Shown here: positions 1 to 12,000 of the stretch, piece by piece | How positions within the stretch are numbered: the stretch's first letter is position 1 | Layout of the letters: each line of letters begins with the position of its first letter | Origin: Pocillopora damicornis | Taxonomy: Eukaryota | DNA: 64,000 nucleotides | NCBI RefSeq assembly: GCF_003704095.1 | Contig: NW_020845487.1 | Coordinates: 62,001-126,000 of the forward strand | Reading direction: 5' to 3' | Program-made: the position numbers and the translations under genes | The notes under the pieces: model-generated | Told to the model about the DNA's origin: nothing | What the model saw: the letters and a program-made list of their open reading frames with translations, nothing else | Database searches by the model: none

Positions 1-2
1 GG

Positions 3-3000
3 ACGATGCGGAAGTTGCGGAACCATAGATAAATAGCTCAGTGCATTTGGCATGGCGCGGTAAGCAGGATGGTATGCATTGAAGAGATTGTAAAGAGATG
101 ATGGGGCAGTGGTGTGTATAACTCCAACGCTTCCAGGATTTGGAGCTTGATAAAGAACTCTCGGAATTACGGGACCTTGCTGCTGATATAGTGGAACGAG
201 CTGGCGTTTTCCACGTTTTCTAGGCGGTATGGAGGATTTTGCCGTTTCGACGTGAACGCGAACATCAGGAGAATCATCTTTTGGAGTTGCGGGCAGGTAT
301 TGTTGTAATGGTAATGGAAAACGGGATGGTGCGACTGGAGATCCTTCAAGCTCCTGAATAGCTTTTAAGTTAGCGCCAAAACCAGGCAAATGCTCCATGT
401 TGATTCCGTTTGGATTAGGTATCTCCTGCGCTTCCAGTAAAGCTTGATTCTGTAGAGCAGCTGTCTCAAGTTGATTGTAAACTGAGGGTATTGAATCGGT
501 AGATTCTGGTAAGATTAACTGTCTCTTTGTCACGTCATAACTTGGTTTGTAGGATCGCTTTGCAACTTCATGTTCACGGATCGAGGTGTTCCCTGGTATA
601 ATAGACATCTTCTCTTTTTGTTCAATGGACTTGTGTAAATCTTCTACATCATTAATTGGAGAGACAGATCCATAAAGTGAATGAGAGCCCATGAGCTGTC
701 TTTTCGTTAGTGGGTGTTGATTTATTGTTGATCGCAAAGTCTTTTTCTGAGTCTGGTCGGTGATAATTGTTTCAGTGTTTTCTGTTTTGGTTGTAGTTGT
801 TTTCGAGATTGTCGACTTTGTTATCTGTGGTTTTGATGACTTCCCGTTTAATTTATCTTTTGCTGAATGTTCAATGTGAGACCGATGAAAGTGATGAAAA
901 TCTAGCTCATCTCCATGGATCACATGATTTGGAATTCCCACATAGCTCATACTGTGTGTTACTGTTGAGCCTTGAGGAAGGAATCTGGCTGCAGGACGGA
1001 GAATAAATGAATCATGAGAGTGTAGAATAGGCTGGTTAACTGCGGGAGGTGGTTGATGGAATACTATGGGTGGTTGATGATACACAACAGCAGGCCGATG
1101 CACTACTACCGGCGGTTGATGGTAGATTATAGGTGGACGATGAAGTACTATAGGCGCTCTGTGAACTACGATGTCTGGTCTATGATAAATTTCAGGTGGT
1201 GGATGATAAATGATTGGGGGACGGCTTACCACTATGTCATTCTTTCTGGAGGCTTTTACATCTTTTACCTTTTGAGGATGTAAAATATATCCCTTTTTTC
1301 CCTCTGGTCTGGTTTCCTGTTTTCTGTGCCTTTTCTTTGGTTTTTCTGACTTAGATCTATATTTGAGCACATGCGATTTTCCGAAAGCATTGCCGTATCC
1401 ATAATTCCACCTGCCACCGAAAAAGTTTGGAGCTCCTAAGTAGGTTCCACTGTGTTGTACATGACTTGTGAAAGGAACGAATGCAGGATGAGCCATGTAT
1501 TGTTCATGTGCATGGAAAATCGGTTGTCTCACCATGGGTGCTGGTTGATGAAATACTACTGGTGGCTGATTATAGATAACAGGAGGACGATGAACTATAA
1601 CGGAAGGTTGATGATAGACAACGGAAGGTTGGTGGAGTACAATATCAGGGCGATGCACTATGATATCTGGTTTATGATACACCTCTGGTGGTGGGTGATA
1701 TACAAGTGGCGGCCTTCTTAGTACCACCTGATTCTTCTTACCACCTTTGCCACTCTGATGGCCCTTTTTGTGAAGTTTATCCTTTAGGGAATGATAAGTT
1801 GTTGTTGAATTTTTATCGGGTTCCACCGAACGTTGCTTCCTTATTCCTGCTTTCTTGACTGCACGATGAGGACTTTTGATATGTTTTTTTTCGCTATGCT
1901 TTTCGTGGGTTTTACTGAGTTCTTGGGCTTTGTCGAGGTGTTTCTCAACAAGAGACTTGCTGAATGCACGGGATTTGCTGAATGCGGCAGGGTTGGGACG
2001 AGGCAAAACTCTCCGATTTACAGGAGCAGTGGGCGCGACGTAGTTTGCTCTGTATAGTGAAGGTGAATACCATGGACCTTGGAAAGCGTTCCATCTTTGC
2101 CAACTGTTCATATTGGGTATAGCGTTATTGGAAAAACCGTAACCATACCTCCATCCCCCAGCATAGTAATGAGGTGCTCCAACGTACGTATGCGTATGCT
2201 TTATCTGAGAGGAATACGGAACAAAAGAGGGACGGCTATGGTAAATATCATGTGCAGTGTACATTGGCTGATGTACCATAGGCGAAGGTTGATGAAAAAC
2301 AACTGGAGGTGGATTATAGATAACTGGAGGACGATGGACAACAACAGATGGCTGATGATACACAACTGATGGTTGATGGATTACAAAGTCCGGTCGGTGA
2401 ACGATGATATCAGGTCTGTCGTATATTTCAGGTGGCGGATGATAAATCAAAGCTGGACGTTGTATAACAACCATGTTCTTTTTATGTCCTTTGCGGTGAC
2501 GCTTTTTATCCTCCTTTTGCGGATGCAGGGAAACGCTCTTCGCTTGTGCGTTTCCGCTTAGTTTCTTTTGTGCTCTTTGAGTACCTCCCTTAATATTGTG
2601 CGCCAAGAGTGTAGACTTAAGAAGCGTTTCTGAAGCCTTTGAAGATTCAGATGTGTCCCGTTTGGATTTGCTTCGGGGAGCCTTTTTCGAATGGGTGATT
2701 TGATTCCCTTCCTTTCCTCTTTCAATGGTTCCCACTGATCCTTTTTTAGACCCTTTTTCTACTTTAGATTTGTAAAAGGCATGCCCCATGAAATGTCCAA
2801 TACCATGTCCAAAATGCCCAGGGTAAAAGTGTGGTGCTCCCACGTAAGAACCAGCGTGCGATAAATGTGACATGAAGGGCACGAAGTGAGGATGAGCCAA
2901 GTACGTCTCATGAGCGTGAAAAATTGGCTGATGTACCATTGGCGATGGTTGATGAAAAACAACTGGTGGTTGATGATAAATTACCGGTGGACGGTGTACT

Positions 3001-6000
3001 ACGACAGATGGTTGATGGAAAACAACTGAGGGCCTGTGAATAACAAGGTCTGGTCTGTGCACAACTATGTCTGGCCTGTGATATATTTCTGGAGGAGGGT
3101 GATAGATAAGTGGTGGACGGTGCATTACTACTAAATTTTTCTTGTTGCCTTTGGAGCTATCTTCTCTGCTTCCCTTTTCACTAATTTTTCGAACCTCAGT
3201 TCTGTGAAGCGTTCTTCTACTCTCTTCACTTTCCCGTTCGATATTTTTGCTCTTGTTTTTTTGTTTTCCTGCTTTCTCAACTTTTGATTTTCCAAAGGCA
3301 TGATGGAAACCATAATCGTAGTTGCTTCCTTCCCATCCCCAGTCACCAGGGTAGAAGTGTGGTGCACCTACGTAACTATGGGTATGGTGAACGTGTGATG
3401 CAAAAGGAACAAAATGGGGGTGCGCCAAATAGGTGTCATGTGAATGGAAGATTGGTTGGTGGACCATAGGTGACGGCTGATGGAAGACAACAGGAGGTTG
3501 ATGGTAAATCACTGGAGGTCTATGTACCACTACAGAAGGCTGATGAAAAACTATTGAAGGTCTGTGAATAACGATATCCGGTCTGTGCATGACAACATCT
3601 GGCTTGTGATAAACTTCTGGTGGTGGGTGGTAAATAAGAGGAGGTCGCCGCATAATTACAAGGTTCTTTTTGTTTCCATTAAGGGTAGTTTTTGTTTCGT
3701 TTTTTAGTTTTACAACGTCTTCCAGGCTCTTTGCTTCTTGTTCTAAAGTTCTTTTGCTACCCTTGTACACCTCCTTGTCCCCTTGCTTCTTTTGTTTCTT
3801 GTGAACCTTGGCTACATCTGATTTACCAAACGCACTGTGGAAGCCATACATATCTCCTCCCATTCCCCATCCACTACCATAAAAGTGAGGTGCACCGACG
3901 TAGTTTCCACCAGTAGACACGCTTGATGTGTAAGGCGTAAAGTATGGATGAGAGAGGTAAGTATCATGAGCGTGGAAAATCGGCTGGCTTACCGTTGGTG
4001 ATGGCTGGTGGAAGACAACCGGCGGCTGCTGATAAACCACTGGCGGCCTGTGGACCACCACAGAGGGTTGATGATAAACAACTGGTGGCCTGTGAATAAC
4101 AATGTCTGGTCTGTGCATCACAACATCAGGCTTGTGATATACCTCTGGCGGTGGATGGTAGATTAGTGGTGGACGTCGGATAACAACCTGGTTTTTCTTT
4201 TTAGACTTTCTCTCTGATTTTGGTTTTACTTCCTTGTCATTTTTCGTTTGGTCATCTTTTGCTGCTCTTTTATGTTTGTCTCTCTGTGACTCTTTTGACT
4301 TTTTTCCTTTTAAGGATTCAGAACTCGTTTTGGGTACTTTTGATTTACCAAAGGCGGGACTAAAAAAGCGAGGCTGGCTCCAGCCATAATTCCATCCACC
4401 AGGATAATGGTGTGGGCTTCCTACGTAGGTGGATGTGTGCTGTATGTGGGAAGAATATGGCACTGGCACAGGATGAGCAACATAGGTATCATGAGCATGC
4501 ATAATCGGCTGATGAACTAACGGTGGAGGTTGGTGAAAGACTACTGGAGGTTGTTGGTATATAACTGGAGGTCTGTGGACAACGACTGAAGGTTGATGAT
4601 AAACAATCGAGGGACGATGTATAACGATGTCCGGTCGATGAACAACTATGTTTGGTCTGTCATATATCTCGGCTGGTGGATGGTATATCATCGGTGGCCG
4701 AGCTATAACAACTTTGTTCTTTTTGTGTCCTTTCGATTTTTCTGACGATTTTGCTTTTGTTTCGTCTTCATCACGAGTGTCGCGCTTTAATTTTGAATGA
4801 AATTTGTCCCCGCTCTTGCTTGTTTTCTTCTGGCTGTTTTTTTCGTCCTTGCTTGTCTTTCTATTCTCTACCTTTTCAACAGCTGATTTTCCAAACGCAT
4901 GACCAACATATGCACCGAACGGCTGACGATGGAAATAGTGTGGAGCTCCAACATACGTTGCTGTGTGATGAATCTGGGATGTGTATGGTACTGGAATAGG
5001 ATGGGCAAGATAAGTGTCATGGACGTGCATAATTGGTTGGTTAATCATGGGCGGAGGCTGGTGAAATATAATCGGTGGTTGGCGGTAAATTATTGGAGGT
5101 CTGTGAACCACAACTGAGGGTTGATGATACACTATTGATGGTCTATGCACCACGATATCTGGGCGGTGCATTATTACGTTTGGTCGATCATAGATCTCCG
5201 GTGGCGGATGATAAATCATTGGCGGTCTGTGAACAACAACTAGGTTCTTTCTTTCGCCTTTTTTATCCTCAGATTTTTCACCGACCTCTTTTGCCGTGGT
5301 ACTCTTAGCAATATGCCCTCCCTTGCCAGAGTTGTCTTCTTTTGATACCTTTGAGTTATCTTTTTCTATGGATGACTTTCCAAAAGCAAATCTCATTGGA
5401 TGAAAAAGATGTGGTACGTGGTACACGGGTGTTGGATGGTGCAGTACTATAGGAGGTCTGTGTATTATAACGGGAGGTCTGTGCACTACAACAGGAGCTC
5501 GATGGATAAGAATAGGTGGACGGTGTACGACCAATGGAGGTGGATGCATCACAACGGTTGGCTTATCAAATATATCTGGAGGTGGATGATATACTATTGG
5601 TGGCTGATGAACTACAAGGCCGACGTTCTGTTTCTTTGCGTTTTCATTATTTACCAATTTTTCAGTGCGTGAACGGCTTGCCTCTCTTTTTTCGTCCGGC
5701 TTTGTTTTCTGTACGTCTCCTCTTTCCTTTGTTTCAGACTCAATCTTGTAACTGGAGGTGTTCATTCGTTCTATATGCGATTTACCGTAAGCAGTTCCTT
5801 GAACAACAGACCCAAAGTAATTCCCAGAAGGATGCAAATAAGGCGACGTAGGAACCATTATGTGCTGTGCATGCGGTGTGAAGATTTCGTGGGAGTGAAT
5901 CACAGGGGTGTGAATTATCGGGGGCGGGTTGTGAAAGACGACTGGCGGCTGGTGATAAATTATCGGAGGATGGTGGACGATCGTTGGTGGTTGTTGGAAC

Positions 6001-9000
6001 ATTATCGCCGGCCTGTTGTAAACCAGTGGTGGTAAGTGCATCAAAATATCTGGTTGTCGATATACTTGAGGGGGTGGGTGATAAATAAGAGGAGGTCGAT
6101 GTATAATAACGACGTGTTTGCGGTGTCCTGGGTGAGCAAAAGCACTTATAGGACGGAGATGGTAGAAGCGCTTACTTCCGCGATGGTGATGACTGTGTCG
6201 GTGATGTTGGCTGTGATGATGATGGCGATGATGGTGATGGAGGTGACGTTTGCTCAATTCAGCTGACCTCCGTTTCCTAGACGCGTTGTTGTTCTTTTTC
6301 AGAAATGAGTCTTTGAGATGTTTCCTTTCGTGTTTCTTTTTGGATGACTTACTTTTGCTATTTTCTACTTCTGATCTTCCAAAAGCAGGTCCATACGAAG
6401 AATAGCCATATGCGTCATATGCGGGAGATGGTGTGTATCCATTAATACCAGAATAGCCGTAATTAGATGCGTAGTGGTATTGGGCTGTCTGTTCTGCAGG
6501 TAGATGTCCCGAAAGCCCCCATCCGTAATCGTTATGCCCAGGATAGAGATGAGGCGCTCCTACATATGTTGAGGAGTGTGCTATGTGGCTGACTTGTGGG
6601 TGAAACACAGGGTGAGCTACATAGGTATCATGGGCATTGTAAATTGGCTGACTAACCATTGGTGAGGGCTGATGAAACACTACTGGAGGCTGTTGATAAA
6701 CCACCGGTGCTCTGTGCACGACTACAGATGGCTGGTGGTAAACGATCGAGGGTCGATGAATTACAATATCTGGTCTGTGCACTACGATATCTGGCCGGTC
6801 ATAAATCTCAGGTGGCGGATGATAGATCATAGGAGGTCGTGCGACGATGACTTTATTCTTTCTCTCTCCTTTGGTATGCTTGCTTTTTTGCTGTGTTGGT
6901 GCGGCATGGACTTTCCCTAAATGTTTACGTTCGTGGTCTTTTAACTCATTAGTGTACTTCTGGTGTTCTAGGTGCCCTTGGTCACTGTTCTTTACGGGAT
7001 TTGCGCCCTGTGGTTTTGAAACTTCTGTTCTTCGAGCCCAGTGTGCTTGGTTTAGCGTGGGAAACATGTGTCCCGTTGGACCGCGAGGGATGTTGCCCGG
7101 ATAGTTAGTGACCCCGCCATGGGGTAAGCCTACGTAATGGCCGGCGTCATTTACAACGGAACCCATGTGAGATGCAAAAGCCATTGGGTGAACAACAAAA
7201 CTGTCATGTGAATACAGGACAGGCTGGTTAACTGCTGGAGCAGGTTGATGAAAGACGATTGGAGGTTGATGATAAACGACTGCAGGTCTATGAACAACAA
7301 CAGGAGGCTGATGATAGACAATAGGTGGTCTGTGGATAAGAATAGGAGCTCTGTGTACAACAATGTCTGGTCTGTGGTATACCTCTGGTGGTGGATGGTA
7401 GATAATAGGAGGCCTGTTGACGACCACATCTTTCTTCTTCTTACGGCTATCTTTTTTCTTTCTGTCATGATCTGTTTCCACAGCGCTTTTCTTTGACTTC
7501 TTGTCTGCAACAGAGCGTTTCGGCTTGTTAGAACTTTTGCCTTTGGAATCCTCGTTAGTAGCGTCTTTAAATGATTGGTCAGATTGTGATGTTTTCATAA
7601 TGTCGTTCTCAGTACTTTTATCTTCTATTCGTGCAACGGTGGATTTCCCATAGCCACAACCAGGGCAGTGCATGTGAATCATATGCATAGGATAGTGATG
7701 AATCAGGTGGGAATGATGAACTATCATTTGCGGTCCCTTGTGTATTATAATTGGCGGTCGATGGAAGAGTATTGGGTGGTGGTGAATGATATATGGACGA
7801 CGATGAATTATTATTGGTGGCCGGTGAAATACTAATGGAGGGCGATGAACTATTATGGGTGGTCTGTGTATAAGGACTGGTTGACGATGAATTATGATAG
7901 GGGGGCGATGTACTAGTATTGGTGGTCTGTGAAAGACGATTGGGTGACGGTGGACTATTATGTCTGGCCTGTGAACAACTATTGAAGGTCGATGAATCAT
8001 ATGGCTCGGTGGATGATACAATATTGGTGGCCTGTGAATTATTAGTAGTGTCTTTTTGGTGCTATTGGTGTTTTTGTCTGCGTTTTCGTCAGGTGTAGAG
8101 GTTTGAGTTTCCTCACTACTACGTTTATACATTTCATAAGCTGTCTCACCTTCAAATGTTGTCCGAGGGTCTGCTAATGCTCGCTGTATCCTTGCACTGG
8201 CCCCAATACGACTGTTAACGCTGCTGGTCAGCGGTTTTGTGTAAGGACTCCAAACATCGTCGATGGAGCGTTGGATTCTTGTTGCTGTTTCCCCCGAAAT
8301 AACAGTGTGTCGCTGGGGAGACAAGGAAAATTCACTAGAATACCCACTTTCCACTGGGTCGCTGAAGTATGGAAGCAAGCTGTGAAGGCTTCTCTGAATT
8401 CTAGTTTGGGCCCCAACAGGACTACGTGTCTCCCACTGCTTATGGATCAACGAATCAGACAATGCTCGCGCAATTCGTTCTCCTGCTCCAAGTTTAGCAC
8501 TGTTCTCCTTATTTTGCTTTGCACCATCTGCATGCTCCGTCTTGTTACTTTGTTTTTCATTGGTCGGCGTATCAGATTCTGTTTTTGTCTTCGTTTTCTC
8601 GCCAGAGTCTTGGTCATTTTCCTCAACCCTATGAACTTTGTCTCTACGGGTGGCTTTCATGGGGACATGAGATTTTCCAAAAGCTCCAGTGCCAATCCCA
8701 TGCATAAATATCTCTTCGTGAGGAACACCCTTGTATGTTGCTACGTGGCGGACATGTGAAGCATAGGGAATAACAACAGGCTTAGTAACCCAGGTATCGT
8801 GTGAATGCAGAACTGGTTGATGGACCATTGGTGGTGGTTGGTGAAAAACTATGGGAGGTTGATGGTAAACAATGGCTGGACGGTGAACCACTACTGGTGG
8901 CTGATGATAGATAATTGGGGCACGATAAAGTACGATAGGAGCACGGTGCACAACAATATCGGGTCTGTGATAAATCTCTGGTGGTGGATGGTAGATGATA

Positions 9001-12000
9001 GGTGGTCTATGAATGACTACGGAGTTCTTTTTGTTTGCTTTCTCTGTAACCTCCTTTGCCTTGTGATATTTCACCGGGAAACTATGACTTTTGTGAAGTT
9101 TCGTTCCTGTTTCTGTTTTGTCTTTGCTCCTTGTGAGAGGAATATGCTTTCGTCTAATGCGATGCCCTTTTCTCCCTGGCTTCGACTTTTTGTGACCTCT
9201 CTTGCCCTTCACAGTGGCCCTTGTGTCCCCCTTTTCTTCTTCAGTCTTTTCCTTCGCAGGTACCTTGGATTTTCCATAAGCCATGTAATGAACACCTCCG
9301 CCGTGTCCGTGATAATATGCATGTGGTATATGATACAGGTGTCCCACGTGATGCATTCGAGATCCGTATAGTCTCACCAAAGGTCTGTGGACGTAAGTGT
9401 CATGTGACCTGAATACTGGTTGGTGTACTACAGGCGGAGGTTGGTGGAAAATAAGAGCCGGCTGATGGTATACAATGGCTGGCCTGTGCACAATAACTGG
9501 TGGCTGATGGTAGATAATTGGAGCTCGGTGAATAACGATAGGAGCACGGTGAACCACTATTTCTGGCCGGTGATAAATTTCTGGTGGAGGGTGATAAATC
9601 ACCGGAGGGCGTCTCACAATAACTGCGTTTTTCTTTCCTCCTTTTTGGCTCTTTGCCTTTTTAGTTGTCAGACGTGAAGTAACGTTTTCTTTTCTTTCGT
9701 GAAAAGGTTTGTGGGAGGAATCTTCCTCTAGCTTTGTTGAGTTGGTATCACCACTTATTTTGTTTCGTGCGGATGCTTCCTCTTCTAACGATTTGGTGTG
9801 TTTCAAAATATGTGACTTGTAGAATGAGTATCCGTGTCCTCCTCCAAAGTGATGAACGGTGTAAGCGTCTGGAACGCCAACGTATGTGTGATGATGCAGC
9901 ACTCGCGAGGAGTAAGGTACCACCACTGGGTGAGAAATCCAGGTATCATGGGACTTTAGCACTGGCTGATGAACCATTGGTGGCGGCTGATGAAATACCA
10001 ATGGAGGCTGGTGATACACTATTGCTGGACGATGCACAACAACGGGTGGCTGGTGATAAAATATCGGTGCTCGGTGAATCATAATTGGAGGTCTATGGAC
10101 AACAATTATTGGGCGATGATAAATTTCAGGTGGCGGGTGATATATTATTGGAGGCCGTCTCACTATCACAGTGTTCTTTTTTCCTGCTTTTTCGTTTGTC
10201 TCATTCTTTGCTTTCTTACTGTTGTCCTCAAAGGAGGTCTTTTTCGAGGCAACTGCTGTAATGTTGTTACTGTCTGCAACAGTGGCGTTCTCTGACGAAG
10301 AAGAACCTTCTATTTTTGATCTTTTTCCTATGGGTGGGGGTCTTCCGAACAGTGGATTTCCGTAATTTGTAATAACGTTAGGCACCCCTACGTAATGTCC
10401 AAAATCTCGTACAACAGAGCCATGATGCGTTGCATAAAATGATGGATGGACAGTGAAAGAATCATGCGAATATAGAAGCGGTTGACTAACAGCAGGAGGT
10501 GGTTGATGAAAAACAATTGGCGGTTGATGATACACCACGGCCGGCCGATGAACAATTACGGGTGGCTGATGGTAGATAATGGGTGGTCTGTGTATCACTA
10601 GGGGAGGGCGGTGAACGACTATATCTGGGCGGTGATAAATCTCTGGTGGAGGGTGATAAATTATTGGAGGGCGATTGACAACTACGTCTTTCTTCTTTTT
10701 GTTTTGTGTGCCGTCTTTGGAATCGTCTCCGTCGTCCTGTTCTGTTTCCCTTCTTAACTTAAGTTTCCCTTTAATGCGCTCTGACGAGGTGTCTCTTTTA
10801 TTTACTACGTCGACGTCCATATTTTTGTAGCTTAATTTTTCCTTGGACCCCTCAGTTGACGTAATAAAGTCATATTGATCATAGATTTCTCTCTTTTTTA
10901 AGACCTTTGGTTTCCACAAGTTTGTGAAATAAGCCATGTAATCGCCCAAACTATCACGCTTTGTTTTCTTGAAATGATCTGGCTGTGTGCTGTTCTTAGC
11001 TTGATGTGGTACTTTTCCTTTTCTGTAAGAGCAATGTGCCCCATGACATCCCTCTCCATAGTCACCAGAGTACACGTGGGATGGAATTCCATAGTATGTC
11101 TTCGCATGGGAAACCATTGATGCTGTGTGATACACCATTGGCTTTGTAACCCAAGTATCATGCGAGTGTAAGATTGGCTGATGAACAACTGGCGGAGGCT
11201 GATGGAATACTATCGGTGGTTGGTGATATATTATTGCTGGTCGGTGAACGACTACGGGAGGCTGATGATAAATTATTGGTGGTCGATGTAGCATAATTGG
11301 CGCTCGATGAACCACAATATCTGGTCTGTGATATATCTCAGGTGGCGGGTGATAAATGATAGGAGGACGGTGCATGACAATTGAATTTTTACGATTTCCT
11401 TTAACTTCCTTTGGCTGCTGTGCGTGTGGGTGCGACAGGCTATGGGTCTTTGTATCATTTTTCTTTTCGTCGGATTTGGCATTTCTTCGGTATTGATGTC
11501 GCTCGTGTTTTCGTGAAGTAAATACATTGAGTCGGTGATATCGTTTTAAAGTTTTCTCCCAACTTTTGATATTCACTTTCCGTTTGCTTGCCTTCCCCGC
11601 ACCATGCTGTTTGTACAATGGGGCCTTTCCAGTATCGTGTTTGTCTGTTTCATTTTTCTTACCCGACAGAATTTTAGTTTTCTTAAAGGCCATCCTTGGA
11701 GCCTCAGAAGGTGAATTAACATTCCTAGCACCTAGTGATCTTACAGGGATTTCGTTGGTAGGCGCCATGCCTTGCATACCACCATTAACTCCTCCTGGTA
11801 AACCTTCCATTGCTCCCATAGGCCCTAGAGAATTAAGGCCTGCTGTACCCATGTTGCTCATGTCATTGATACCGCCAAAAGTGTTTATATTGTTCATTTG
11901 ATTTGCACTATTAAAATTGTTCAGTCCGTTCATTCCATTCATCATAAAATTTTGTGGATTCACTCCACCGAGTAGACCAGGTGGTGGATTACCAGCAACG

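Noticed and set aside
900-11395. Regularly spaced repeats with unique spacers, superficially CRISPR-like or satellite
   Set aside because: Units are 250-500 bp, degenerate at third codon positions and in frame: protein-coding repeats in a eukaryotic context, with no cas genes.
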